Shown here piece by piece: positions 14,375-29,307 of a DNA stretch of 64,000 nucleotides. A model generated the notes under the pieces. That model saw only the letters and a list, made by a program, of their open reading frames with translations, made no database searches and was not told the DNA's origin. A program made the position numbers and the translations under genes. How positions within the stretch are numbered: position 1 is the first letter of the stretch; each line of letters starts with the position of its first letter. Location: the NCBI GenBank assembly GCA_964016885.1, contig OZ024741.1:220844001-220908000 (forward strand). The letters are read 5' to 3'. Origin of the DNA: Eledone cirrhosa (taxonomy: Eukaryota).

Positions 14375-14570
14375 GTATTTGCGTAGGAAAGGTAAAGGAA
14401 AAGAGAGTGCTCTATGTAGGCTACAGAGCTTTCTTTGTATATATGTATGCGTGTGTTGATATATTATTGTGTGTGTGTGCGCGAATGTGCGCATGTACGT
14501 GTGTTATGTACTTATGTTTAAGTGTGAACGCATTTATGTATATATATATATATATATGCGTATATATGTG

Positions 14571-14612
<42 letters not shown>

Positions 14613-14760
14613 TGTATATATGTGTATATATGCGTGTAGGGGTATATAATTATAAGGATTTCCTTTCTATATGTGTACATATTATATGTATACATATTCT
14701 TTTGAATTTCACGTGTGTTTACTCATGTGTATATATGTATATGTCTCTCTCTCTCTCTCT

Positions 14761-14814
<54 letters not shown>

Positions 14815-14828
14815 ATATATATATCGAT

Positions 14829-14882
<54 letters not shown>

Positions 14883-14931
14883 CGTGTGTGTGTGTGTATG
14901 TATATGTACATATGTGTGGAATGAGGAGTAC

Positions 14932-15044
<113 letters not shown>

Positions 15045-15629
15045 TGTGTGTGTGCATGTATATGTACATATGTGTGGATTGAGGAGTACGAATATATATA
15101 TATTCATACTCAACACCCACATCCATGTGAACCTATACTGACAACGAAATCCTTCATTCACAACTCGTTAACTTCTTCAACCAAGTGTAACGATCTCAAC
15201 ATCATCAGACGGCTCTTTAAATTAAGTTTTATCACATTCCAGTAAACACTCACCGCATCTTTCGCTGACCCACCTCCATCAATTAATTATCGTGTGATTA
15301 AAAACTATCGAATCATTTGTGTGTACATACAAATATGGTTGTACACACACACACACACAAATATATATAAATATATATATATATATATATTTACGTAGGA
15401 AAGGTAAAGGAAAAGAGAGCGCTCTATGTAGGCTACAGGGCTTTTTAGTTATGTAATAAACACTATAAGATAATTAATTCATATATATATATATGTGTGT
15501 GTGTGTATGTATATATATATATGTATGTATATATATATGTATATATATATATATATGTATATATGTATATATATTTATATATGTATATATATATATATGT
15601 ATATATGTATATATATGAGTATATGACCC

Positions 15630-15965
15630 CTTAACCTTTGTCAAGGCAGAATTCTAGGAGAAGGAAAACTCTGATATAACACCTGCAACCCTGATGGTAT
15701 CCAATGATATTGACTTTTTCTTCTTTTTGGTAAATATCATCTTGGTTAAGAGAGTGGGACTGGCTTTGTGCAGTGCCTTTTCTCACTATAAAAGCTTCAC
15801 GGCACAAGCATTGCTTTATATCTGGAGATCTCTCTGCACTTGTCATCACATGGTACCATGGGTCCAGCACTATGTGTCAATAATGGTCACAAGTGTAGTG
15901 TTTGTACCAGAGTTTTCAAGTCGCTGGCTGGACTAAAAAGTCACACTTGTTCAGCGCATTGGTGG
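15630..15965 (+). mobile_element. Degenerate LINE 3' end with C2H2 zinc finger
   Basis: 15894-15959 reads CSVCTRVFKSLAGLKSHTCSAH (C-x2-C-x3-F-x5-L-x2-H-x4-H); upstream frame disrupted, no splice context; such fingers terminate ORF2 of some RTE/CR1-related LINEs. Confidence 0.55.
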
Positions 15966-16026
15966 GAGTTCTCCTACATGGATATAAAGTAGTGGCCGTA
16001 CTCGAAAACGAGTTGGCAGCCACCAC

Positions 16027-16067
<41 letters not shown>

Positions 16068-16182
16068 GTTGTATATACTGTATATATGTATATATATATA
16101 TATATATATATTTTAATATAGATGAGATTCTACAGGACTGGAACACTTTATTATTGTTGTTATTTTGAAAACTTTCTCTTGC

Positions 16183-16223
<41 letters not shown>

Positions 16224-16225
<2 letters not shown>

Positions 16226-16560
16226 ATGATATTAAATAAATGGAAACTATATTTATAAAAACATATTTATTCTATTATATATATTTCCAGGGTACCAAAA
16301 CTTTGGTACCCTCTCATCAGATAAAATACAAAGATTATTTTATAAACATTGACATATTTAGGAAGAAGTTCTTAACCGTTCAGGTTTTTCCTTGAAAAAC
16401 ATGACCCGTTAAGATCTTCTTCCTAAATATGTCAATATTTATAAAATAATCTTTGTATTTTATCTGATGAGAGGGTACCAAAGTTTTGGTACCCTGGAAA
16501 TATATATAATAGAATAAATATGGTTTTATAAATATAGTTTCCATTTATTTAATATCATTG
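16224..16560. repeat. ~165-bp inverted repeat made of two family-B pseudo-LTR copies, each with an HHR motif
   Basis: Arms mirror about 16392; CTGATGAGAGGGTACCAAAGTTTTGGTACCCTGGAAATATATATAAT at 16464-16510 and its reverse complement at ~16275-16320. Confidence 0.9.
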
Positions 16561-17890
16561 AATATTATACTCCAGAATACCTCTCGCGAGCTTCGAATGA
16601 GTTATAAACATTTATATTTGTTGAATTACCAACAAATTAAATATTCCTTAAAGTCGGTGATTAATTTCGACGACTCTATTTGGATTAAAACATCTAATAG
16701 TACCCCATTCGACGTGAGTAGGGGCGCCAGCGATTCTGCGGATGTTACTGATCTTATCGGCCTTTTCCTTCTTTTCTCTATCAAGGAAGAATTCCCCAAC
16801 GTGGGCGGTGGTTTGTACAGTGATGACGGTCTTTTGACCATGACAAAGTGCGGCCCACACACTTGCGACAGGTTCAAAAAAGAACTCACAACATTCTTTA
16901 AAGGCTTCAACATCTCCATACTGGTTGAGGCCAACCTCTTGGTCGTTAATTACCTCGACGTTACCCTCAATTTGTCGCCGAATGGCTTGCATTACCCGTA
17001 TGGAAAGCCGAATGATACGCTTAATTACATAAGTAAGCAGTTTAACCATCCTGCCAGCATAACCAAGAACCTGGTAAGAAATGTTTCTTTGAGACTTTCC
17101 CGTCTATCTACAAACGAGCATATTTTCACCGACCATTCCACATATTACAATGAAGCTCTTGCTCGGAGTGGATTTGTCGATAAGGTAGCATATACCGAGT
17201 ATGAGAATAGACTAGGAAAAATAGATCCCGGCGCATTATATGGTATAACCCACCATATAATATGGAGGTGTCCACACCATTAGCTAAGATCTTTCTCTCC
17301 CTTATTGTGAAGCATTTCCCCCAGCACATAAATATAGTAATTTTTTTTAATAGAAATACCACTAAAATTTCTTACTTTACGATTCCTAACCTTGCACAGA
17401 ACATCACTGCTTCAAATTTAGCTAAATTACCTAGCCATGGGAACACGTGCAACCCTGGAGCTAGTACTAACTGTAATTGTAGGATTCGGGTTGACTGCCC
17501 CCTATCCGGGAAATGCCTCTCTAGTAACATTGTCTACAAATATAAGGTTGAAACACCCACGTCCCGTGGGGCCTACATAGGGTTAACTGCCAATAGATTC
17601 AAGCAGCGTCTTTACATGCATACCCATTCTTTTCTTAACCCTTTAAGAAGGAATATGACGTCACTTTCAGCTTATATCTGGAGTCTAAAAGACAACCACA
17701 CCCAATATAGGTTAAACTGGGTGATCCTAGCTAAGGCTAGATCGTATAACGGAAATAAAAGACCATGTAACCTCTGCGCCGCCGAAGTCCTGGAAATACT
17801 CTACGCCAATGACCACATCTTAAACAAGAAATCTGAGGCAATTTCGGCTTGTAAACATTAATTGCACAAAACTTTCCTGTATTACAGCCC
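16558..17890 (+). pseudogene. 5'-truncated Penelope-like element: RT C-terminal half plus GIY-YIG EN, frameshifted
   Basis: GLYSDDGL, VNYLDVTLNL, NHP, WYNPPY (frameshift ~17220), CNCR..CPLSGKC, IVYK..YIGLT..FKQR..H, CNLC..E, LNKKSE; premature stop at 17859. Confidence 0.9.
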
Positions 17891-18534
17891 CACATTATAC
17901 CCTAACGGATAGTACGAACTATACGCCGATAATTTACGTCTGGATGTGGTAGCTAAGTATATTTATGTTTATACCATTACTTATTTGTATAGGTAAGTAT
18001 ATATTACCTGTATGTTTTGTGAAGGTACGTATACTTTCTCGTACATATATTTGCTTGTATTTGTTGTAGGCGTATATATTATATTATATATACTGGTACA
18101 TGTGTATATGGTTATATGTATACGTGAGTTTTGCGTTTGCGTGAGTATGTGGGTTCGCACATATGTAGGGTGTGTGCATATGTGTACTTTGCATTTTGGT
18201 TGACGTATATTTAGCGAACATATGTGTATTTACATGTAGGTATGTGTGTGCGCGCGTTATATACGTATTTCTGTGTGTATATTTATATACGTTTTTTATT
18301 ATATGTATACACGCACACACACACACACATATATATTTATGTGTATTTGGTGTATATGTTCGTATGTGTGCGGGTACAGGCGTGGTGTGGGTTCTGTATG
18401 TACGCGCGTGTTTTTGTGTACGTGCTTCTATTTGCATACCCATGGCGGGTATTTTCGCGTATGCATGTGTATGTACGAATATGGATGCGTGCATGTATAT
18501 ATTTAATTATTGTTGATTTCAATAACCGCTGTAA

Positions 18535-20031
18535 TCTCTCTATATATAAAACGGAAGATGTCTGTCTGTGTGTGTGTATGATGTTTATGCATTTCCACAT
18601 TTCTCTACTGATTTTGATGATTTTTTTTCCAATGTGCTCCAAATTTACCAACGATGATCAACGTGTAATAAACTTTGCCAAAGATTTCCTGCTTCTATGA
18701 AAATATCGATAAAACTAAATACATGCTGTAACCCTCTCTCTACTACCCTCAACAATCTATGAAACTACATACATGTTGCAACTCTCTTTAAAAGGTTCAT
18801 CCCTCCCTCTACTTCCCTCTCAATCTCCTCTGCAACTCTCTTTAAAAGGGTAATGCCTCCCTCTACTACCCTATCACCATTACAGTTTGCAACAGCGACA
18901 AAACTTCCTTCAGGAACGAGACAAAAAGTTTGAAAACTAAGCAACACATCAATTTATACAACAACAAACATAGCTTTACTCTCTTCGTCGCTCTTCCCTC
19001 TCTCTATAATAGATTATTCCCCCTCTCTATAATTTAACTGCTTTACTCTCTTCATGCTTTGATGTTTAACACACTTCCCTATAGTTTCTTAGTTTTACTC
19101 TCTCCGTCGCTCTTCCCTCTCTCTATAATAGATCATTCCCCCTCTCTATAATTTAACTGCTTTACTCTCTCCGTCGCTCTTCACTCTCTATATGACAAAA
19201 CTATTTTACACACCTCCCTATAGTTTCTTAGCTTTACACTCTCCGTCGCTCTTCCCTCTCTCTCTAATAGATTATTCCCCCTCTCTATAATTTAACTGCT
19301 GGGAGAGTCATTGGAGTTCCGTATTGACATACGGCTTTTCTGGGGCATTTTAAATCGGCGAATCGGAATGTTTAAATTATTTATTTTTTACGACTTTAAT
19401 TGGTTAAATATTAATATGACAACACCCATAGTGTTGTACTTCTGGCAATTCTGCTGAATACACTGCCAAGGATGAACCTTTTCCCCTCGGCGTCAGATAT
19501 CCCGTACGATTTCCGGCGATCCCAATTCCTGGTGAGACCATGTTTTGCCATGTCCATTAACAAGTCACAAGGCCAAACATTGTCGGTGGCGGGCATCCAT
19601 TTGGGTGAGCCATGCTTCTCCCATGGCCAACTTTATGTTGCCTGTTCCCGCGTAGGGAGCAGGAATGGACTTTTTGCTTACACTCCACAAGGTATGACAC
19701 GCAATATCGTCTACAAAGAGGTGCTATAGATGTTGGTGCAGGTGTTGGAGATGTTGGAGCTATGCCGTCTGGAAAACTATTTCCTGGTAGGGTCACCCAT
19801 GGCGGACAGATCTGACACCCAGCAGCATCAGGGCCACCATCTTGCAACTTTGGTCTGCTAAATTCGCTATTGAAAGATTATTAACCCATCATTGATTGTC
19901 CAAAATGCTAATTGGTTCGTAACTTTTAATAACCGGTTCAACTGCTTTATGCACTTAATTGATAAGCTTATTCGCTTTCAAGCCACGTTTACATGTATGT
20001 AAACCCGAGCAACGCCGAGCTAAACTGCTAG
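18535..20031 (+). mobile_element. Non-autonomous Helitron
   Basis: A|TC start (TCTCTCTATATATAAAACGG), internal tandem repeats, PIF1 fragment, 3' hairpin CCCGAGCAACGCCGAG plus CTAG|T. Confidence 0.85.
19472..19729 (+). pseudogene. Helitron RepHel PIF1-type helicase C-terminal fragment
   Basis: FRRSQFLVRPCFAMSINKSQGQTL...CFSHGQLYVACSRV...TRNIVYKEVL, helicase motifs V/VI. Confidence 0.92.
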
Positions 20032-20360
20032 TTTATTTATATTATTCTTAACTCTGAGCCGAGAATCATTCGGTTTCCTAAATAGAATTTTAGTCAGGGA
20101 ACATTTGCCAGGGAACGTTTCCACGAACCAAAGTATCGTCTTCCTGTCTTCCTTCGGTTGCAACGTTTTTCGAAATATTTACTTCTGCGTTCACAGATTG
20201 ATTTTTTTAGTTTCAGAAGATCCCGTTCAGGATGAAAGCAGCGATTCTTTGCTTAAACTTTAATCTGTTATTTTAATAAATATTTGCTCTACGGTTCTTA
20301 TATATTTGATATATATTTATCCATATCGAGCCCTCTTTAGATTTTAGTCTTCAAATGTAT

Positions 20361-20429
<69 letters not shown>

Positions 20430-21847
20430 CACGAAAGAAGGGACCCGCAAATTAATACGGGAAAGAACAAACACAGATCGTCATGTTCGCTCATCAGGCG
20501 TCAAACTGGAATGAACACAATGTGATTTCAAACTCAATTAAAGACAGCTGGAAGGAATGTATGTAAGATAGTAAACAATACAAAACGACATGGTTGACGT
20601 AAGAAAAGTATAAAGAGAGGAACAGAATAGAACGTAGGTGAACGAGCTGAATGTCTCTCAACAATACAATAAGGTAATAAGATGAATTAAACATTGAAAT
20701 TAAAAGTGCAAAATGGATTTATACGAACAGAGTACATGAACAGGTACAATGACCAGTGCAAGTGAGTGTCATTAGGACGAAATATTGAAGGCTTTAGTCT
20801 GAATACGATTGCACAATAGAAAAGAGCGTGTGGCCCATGTAGCGTACGTAGAAGGTAAGACAGAAAGGAGACAGATGGAAGTTAAGGGAGCTATAGTATT
20901 GAGAATTATGGACTAGCGGTAATAGAGAGGGTAAGGAAAAAGCGAGTCGGAAAGAAAGGAAACATGAAGTTGGCTCAAATGTTTTTATGAGTGGTTGGTA
21001 GACTCACCAAATACCGACCTTCACCTTTGTTTTTCCTTGTATGGGAACTACTGAAAAGAATGTTAAGATGTAGTAGAAACAGCAGGAACGTTTATTTAGG
21101 TCGAAAGAGGTAATCGATTTAATCATAGTATTTCAATATATCTAGAAATTTAGAAGTTGTAATATATAAACCTTGGAAAGTCATGGATAGAGCAACAACA
21201 GACTACACTCTACAACTACGATCACCACTAACACCACCACCACCACCACCACCACCACTATTCTCCCCATCACTATCCCAACACCACCATTCCAACACCC
21301 CAATCCCATCACTACCACCAGCACCATCCCACCACTATTCTCCCCACCATCATCACCATCACCACCATCCCAACACCACCATTCCAACACCACCATCCCA
21401 CCACCAACTCCACTATCCCCGCCATCTTCACCACCATCCCACCACCACCACCATCACACCATCACCTCCATCACACCATCACCACCATACCACTATTCTC
21501 CCCCACCATCATCACCAACACTACCATCCCAGACTACAAAAAAGTGTTCATCATAACACAACACAGAGATCTTTGAATAGAAAGTCCTAGATTCCCACAT
21601 TCTATCGCTACAAGACGAACTTTTTCTGTCACCGTTCAAAATCCAGGTTTAATTGCTTCAACATCCCGACAGAGTAGCCTTTAGTTTAATGGGGCCCTCT
21701 TCGTAGCAGGTCATTCAGTCACTGTCACTCTCCTTGCTATAGAGAGGACAAAACTCACGTAATTACTACCAAGTACTGAATGCCTCTCCAACTGTATACC
21801 ACAGGCTCTAGCCTCACCGATTTCGACCAATAAAAACCAACGTTATC

Positions 21848-22030
21848 GGTGGATTGGCAGTATCGGTAGAGGGTCGGACGCCATGCTTTGCAGCAAAGAG
21901 TTACGGCCCTTTATGGTCTGAGTTCAAATCCCGCCGAAGTTAACTTTACCTTTCATCCTTACGGGGTCGATAAAAGAAAGTACCAGTAATGCACTGGAAT
22001 TATTGCTGGCCTTGTGACAAAAGCAGAAAT
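21848..22030 (+). mobile_element. Meta-domain-like tRNA SINE, full length
   Basis: A-box-like TGGCAGTATCGG, B-box GAGTTCAAATCCC, TTCATCCTTACGGGGTCGATAAAA. Confidence 0.85.
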
Positions 22031-22420
22031 ACTTATTAGTGTTTGTCTTTCAGATATGCTACATCACCTCCTTTATCTGTCTATTGCCTAAACGATCGTT
22101 TGTGGCGAGACATTGCGTTAAGTACAGCGTGAATCATCAGATTCTTCTGAATAAACTCTAACTACATTTATTGTCTAATCACCTCCCGTATACAAATTTG
22201 AAACGTGAAAAACACACATAGATGTATGCATACCTTTTCACATACACACACACATAAATGCATAACTTTTCACATACACACACACATACATACATACATT
22301 TTCACATACACACACACAAATCTCACACACATATATACATGCACATACACATTTACACATATAATCATTATTTCGCTTTCTTTCTTCTCCGTTTTCTCGG
22401 TCTGCCTCTCACTTTCTCTA

Positions 22421-22472
<52 letters not shown>

Positions 22473-22539
22473 TATATATATATATATTTCTCTCTTTCTC
22501 CCTCTCTCTGTCACAATATATATACATACACACACACAT

Positions 22540-22578
<39 letters not shown>

Positions 22579-22771
22579 GACACACATATATATATATATA
22601 TAAATATATATGCATATATATATATACAAGCATATATATATATATATATATAACGAAGGAAATGTGGTAAGGAACCAGGTGGACCATAACGCACCAAAGT
22701 ACTCAATACTTGAGGTAGTAGAGTGGGTAATAGGAACCAGTAAGACCCCAAAGGGGTCTTACTGGTTCCTA

Positions 22772-22849
<78 letters not shown>

Positions 22850-22867
22850 TATATATATGCATGTCTG

Positions 22868-22898
<31 letters not shown>

Positions 22899-22954
22899 TA
22901 TATATATATATATATGCATATATATATATATTTATGCAGATATATATGCATGTC

Positions 22955-22999
<45 letters not shown>

Positions 23000-23509
23000 A
23001 GATCAAAAGATACAAACTGTAGAGTGCTTCTTATCCGATATCTGCATTGCTTTATTGTACTACAATAAAACTCACCTCCTACATATATATATATATATAA
23101 AAAGATATATACACAAGTCGAAACGGCTTGAGCTCAGCCGTCGGGGTCTTACTCGTTCCTATATATATATATTATATAACAGAAACCTTGATGCGATGAA
23201 TTCCACAACAGTGAATATCCCAAAGCGATGCATATCGGGAATGTCGGGAGAGGAAATATATGCTTTGATGAGTATCGATTTCATTGGCCATTTGCGGTAC
23301 AATTGCCTTATTGTCGCATTTTCAAATATTTCGGCCTGTATAAACTAGTGACTCATTAGCTATTTAACCTCACAACTTAATTGTAATTAATGACCAGTTA
23401 ATTATCTAACAGGGCATTAATTAGGTAATCCCCAATATATAACAACCTATCGCTTATCAGCACCCCCCCCCCCCTTCGCCTCCTCATCATCTTTGCTGAC
23501 CAGCCTGAC

Positions 23510-24477
23510 CACTACCACTACTACCACTACTACCACTACCATCCCCACCTCCACCATTATTCTCACCATCACCACCACCGCCATCATCCACATCATAACG
23601 CTACCACCACCACCCCCACCACCACTACCATCACCACCTCCACTATTATTCCCACCATCACCGCCACCACCACCACCATCACCGCCATCACCATCACACC
23701 ACTACCATCACCACCTCCACCACCACCATCACCTCCACCGCCACTATCATCCCCATCATATCACCACCACCACCACCACCACCACCACCATCCCCATCAC
23801 GCCACTACCACCACCACTACCATCACCACCTCCACTATTATTCCCACCATCACCACCACCACCACCATCACCACCACCACCATCACCACCACCACTACCA
23901 TCACCACCTCCACTATTATTCCCACCATCACCACCATCACCACCACCACCACCACCATCACCACCACCACTACCATCACCACCTCCACTATTATTCCCAC
24001 CATCACCACCAACACCACAACCACCACCACCACTACCATCCCCATCACGCCACTACCACCACCACTACCATCACCACCTCCACTATTATTCCCACCATCA
24101 CCGCCACCCCCACCACCACCACCATCACCGCCATCACCATCACACCACTACCATCACCACCTCCACCACCACCATCACCTCCACCGCCACTATCATCCCC
24201 ATCATATCACCACCACCACCACCACCACCACCACCATCCCCATCACGCCACTACCACCACCACTACCATCACCACCTCCACTATTATTCCCACCATCACC
24301 ACCACCACCACTACCACCACCATCACCACCACCACTACCATCACCACCTCCACTATTATTCCCACCATCACCACCATCACCACCAGCACCACCACCACCA
24401 TCACCACCACCACTACCATCACCACCTCCAACAGCAGCATCAATATCACCATCACTATCATCACCACCACCACCAGC

Positions 24478-24509
<32 letters not shown>

Positions 24510-26300
24510 CGCCATCACTATCACAACCAACAACACCACCAACAACAAGAACATCATCACTATCACAGCCAACACCACAACCAACAACAACAACACCATC
24601 ACTATCACAAACAACCAGCACCGCCACCACTATCAATATCACAACCAACACAACCTACACTATCACAATCAACACCACCAACACCACCTACATTATCACA
24701 ACCAACACCACCAACACAACCTACACTATCACAACCAACACCACCAACACCACCTACATTATCACAACCAACACAACCAACACCACCACCTACACTATCA
24801 CCACCAACACCACCTACACTATCACAACCGTCACCACTAACACCACCTACATTATCACAACCAACACCAACACCACCACCACCTACACTATCACAACCAA
24901 CATAAACAACACCACCAACACCACCAACACAACCTACACTATCACAACCAACACCACCAACACCACCTACATTATCACAACCAACACAACCAACACCACC
25001 ACCTACACTATCACCACCAACACCACCTACACTATCACAACCAACACCACCAACACCACCTACATTACCACAACCAACACCACCACCTACACTATCACCA
25101 CCAACACAACCTACACTATCACAACCAACACCACCAACACCACCTACATTATCACAACCAACACAACCAACACCACCACCTAAACTATCACCACCAACAC
25201 CACCTACACTATCACAACCGTCACCACTAATAGCACCTACACTATCACAACCAACACCAACACCACCACCACCTACACTATCACAACCAACACCAACACC
25301 ACCACCACTTACACTATCACAAACAACACCAACTACACTATCACAACCAACACCACCAACACCACCTACACTATCACAACCAACACCAACACCACCACCT
25401 ACACTATCACAACCAACACCACCACCTACACTAACACAACCAACACCACCTACACTATCACAACCAACACCACCAACACCACCTACACTATCACAACCAA
25501 CACCACCACCTACACTAACACAACCAACACCACCAACACAACCTACACTATCACAACCAACACCACCAACACCACCTACATTATCACAACCAACGCAACC
25601 AACACCATCACCACCATCACCACCACCTACACTATCACCACCAACACCACCACCACCTACACTATCACAACCAACACCACCACCACCTACACTATCACAA
25701 CCAACACCACCACCACCTACACTATCACAACCAACACCAACACCACCTACACTATCACAACCAACACCAACACCACCTACACTATCACAACCAACACCAC
25801 CACCACCACCACCTACACTATCACAACCAACACCACCACCACCACCTACTCTATCACAACCAACACTACCACCACCACCTACACTATCACAACCACCACC
25901 AACACAACCACCACCACCACCTACACTATCCCAACCAACACCACCACCACCACCTACACTATCACAACCAACACCACCAACACCACCACCCACTCTATCA
26001 CAACCAACACCACCAACACCACCACCTACACTATCACAACCAACACCAACACCACCACCTACACTATCACAACCAACACCAGCACCACCTACACTATCAC
26101 AACCAACACCACCACCACCACCTACTCTATCACAACCAAGACCACCAACACCACCACCCACTCTATCACAACCAACACCACCAACACCACCACCCACTGT
26201 ATCACAACCAACACCACCAACACCACCACCCACTCTATCACAACCAACACCACCAACACCACCACCCACTCTATCACAACCAACACCACCACTATCAACA
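23510..26300. repeat. (CAC)n-derived low-complexity tract grading into a 27-39-bp minisatellite (ACAACCAACACCACCACCTACACTATC)
   Basis: Direct reading; the His/Pro and Gly/Val ORFs are translations of it. Confidence 0.92.
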
Positions 26301-26787
26301 ACACTATATAAGCCCCCCCTCCCTAAATATTACTAATGACACAAGAAACCGAGTTGTTGAACTTTTATTATAATATGTGTATGTATGTATGTGTGTGGGT
26401 GTGTGTATGTGTGAGTGTGCATATGTGTGTATGTATGGGTGTGTGGATTGTGTCTGTATGAGTGTGAATGTGTGTGTATGTATGTGTGTGGATGTGTGGA
26501 TGTATCTGACTGTGTATGTGTGTGTATGTGTGTGTGGGTGTGTGTATGTGTGAGTGTGTATATGTGTGAATGTATGGGTGTGTGGCTTGTGTCTGTGTGA
26601 GTGTGTATTTGTGTGTATGTTTGTGTGTGTATGTGTCTGAGTGTGTATGTGTGTGTATGTATGTGTGTGTGTGTATGTACGTGTGTGTATGTACGTGTGT
26701 ATACCATACACCTTCATATACACCTGTCTTATGTTAGTGCTACAACTAATTAACGCTAGCCAGTCAATCTCATTATATGCAAATGAA

Positions 26788-26952
26788 CGTCGGACTAGAT
26801 GCTTTACAGCATAGAGTTACAACCCTTTACGTTCTGAGTTCAAATCCTACCGAGGTTAGCTTTGCCTTTCATCTTTACGGGGTTGATAATACAAAGTACC
26901 AGTAATGCACTGGGGTCAATTTAATGGCCTTGTGCCTAGAGTAGAAACAATT
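26788..26952 (+). mobile_element. Meta-domain-like SINE
   Basis: Same consensus as 21848-22030. Confidence 0.8.
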
Positions 26953-27199
26953 ATATGCAAATGTGCAACTCCAGCCTATTTTTCATGTGCAAAGAAGTAT
27001 ATAAGCTATAGCTTATTCATGTCACAGTACCGAGAGAGAAGATGTCACCAATGACTGATAAATATCTAGATACATGTTTCTGGCGTTCATACATATCAAC
27101 TGAGGTAGCTGTGACATGATCACGGCTTAAAATATTCAGAACAAGATATTGTATTGTTTCCAATTGTTACAGGCTGCTCTTTGCGAACCCTCTTGGGGT

Positions 27200-27400
27200 T
27201 TCTGAACAAACTGGACAGTATGGGAAAAACTAGACGCAGGAGACCGAGGGGTAGATCCCGAGCAAGATGGTTGGATAACATCCATGTGTTTGATTGGTCT
27301 CGTTTGGGGATCCAGTCGGATCAGTTGGAGACAGTTGCTTCTGACAGTGTCCACTGGAAGTAGGGTATCAGGACTCTGCTTCCCCCACGATCCCCACATA
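27200..27400 (+). mobile_element. RTE-like LINE 3' remnant
   Basis: RRPRGRSRARWLDNI..W..LGI..L..VASD..W matches the RTE ORF C-terminus pattern. Confidence 0.7.
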
Positions 27401-27428
27401 AATAATTGGGTGAAGTATTATTTTTATT

Positions 27429-27790
27429 AGGCGACAGATCGGTAGAGCGTCAGACACTATGCTTTGCAGCATAGTTATGGCCCTTTACGTTCTGGGTTCA
27501 AATCCCGCCGAGGTTAACTTGGCCTTTCATCCTTACAGGGTCGATAAAATAAAGTACCAGTAATGTACTGGGATCGATTAAATCGACTTTCCCCTCCCCC
27601 AGAATTGCTGGCCTTGTGCCTATATAAGAAACCATTATTATATTAGGCGGCAGTATCGGAAGAGCGTCAGACGCCATGCTTTGCAGCATAGTTATGGCCC
27701 TTTACGTTCTGTGTTCAAATCCCGCCGAGGTTAACTTTGCCTTTCATCCTTACAGGGTTGATAAAAAATGTACCAGTCTAGTACTGGAGC
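27429..27790 (+). mobile_element. Two tandem Meta-domain-like SINEs
   Basis: Two consecutive copies of the SINE consensus. Confidence 0.85.
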
Positions 27791-28561
27791 CAGTTCTTCT
27801 TCTATAACACTTTCTCTCTTCCTTTCTCTCTCACTCTCTCTATCGTTCTCTTGGAGAAGTCTGCTGTATTCAGAGCTGGAGAGGTGATGGACTCCTCCAC
27901 CAGGTTTTAAAATGCCCCAAGAAACGCCGTCAATACGTCACCCCTACAACTCCCTCAGTATTTACATTCCATGCCTGCGTATTGAAATATGATCAAACAT
28001 AAGCCTATCGTGTCTGCGTCCAAATATACATCTATTATGTAACATACTATGGTAATGACATAACTAATTATCATAAAACAGCAATAAGTAGTGATTCTTC
28101 TACACACCTTACATACGTGAACATCCATTAAGCTGTTATTAAAGTCACATCTTTTATATAACAAGATCGTAACGACAACCTCACCTACGAATAGATAAAC
28201 AACTATGGTAATCTCGTTAAATTTATAATATTACACCGGTCTACCTTTGCTGATGAAATTAATGATTTTCTTATGGTGTTTGATGTGTTTTGAACGGATC
28301 TAACCTTCAAGAGAGCCTGAAATTATGTTTTTTCCTATGATTTTCATGTGATTTCAACGGCATTCAAATGCATACGATATAAACATCTCAAAGCTAAACC
28401 CTTTAAACATCAAACTATAAACCATATATATATATATACTGACATTAAATCATAAACCACACATATATATATATATTGACATTAAATATATATATATGTA
28501 TATTTACATATATACTGACATTAAATCATAAACTACACATATTTATATTGACATTAAATAT

Positions 28562-28665
<104 letters not shown>

Positions 28666-28764
28666 TGACATTAAATCATAAACCATATATATACTGACAA
28701 TACATAAACCATAGATAATATGTATACACATATGTATATATACGTATATATATATACATACATA

Positions 28765-28799
<35 letters not shown>

Positions 28800-29066
28800 G
28801 TAAGTATGTATGTATACGTACATACATATATGTATACAGACGTACAGTAGCATGCATATATATACATATATATATATATACATATATACACATACATATA
28901 CATATATACATACAGGTACACATACATATATGCACGCTACAGTTTAGCGGACGCTTATTATAACGCCGCTTTGTTCGTTTGTAAACAAACTGAACAGCCT
29001 GAATTTATGCCATACGGTGTTATGGCATAAATGTGAGAAAAACCACAGACCCTCCATCTCAACTCA

Positions 29067-29104
29067 CCTTTTGAAAAGCAGAAGAACTGCGAAACCGGTA
29101 AAGG
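29067..29104 (+). ncRNA. Variant minimal hammerhead motif (U3-A8 core), family D repeat
   Basis: CCTT-TTGAAAA-GCAG-aagaa-CTGC-GAA-ACCGGT-A-AAGG; second, more degenerate copy on minus strand ~37937-37974. Confidence 0.65.
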
Positions 29105-29236
29105 AACCAAATAAATATATATATTTTTTAAAAAAAATAAGACTTCAGTTGCATTTTCGATTTCATCCCTTTTTCTTTATACTCCCACTCGTGTAGGACA
29201 CCTCGGTTATTTTTCATTTTGTAAAAAAAACCTCAC

Positions 29237-29307
<71 letters not shown>

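Noticed and set aside
15894-15959. C2H2 zinc-finger host gene
   Set aside because: Single finger, disrupted upstream frame, no linker-repeat array; better explained as a LINE end
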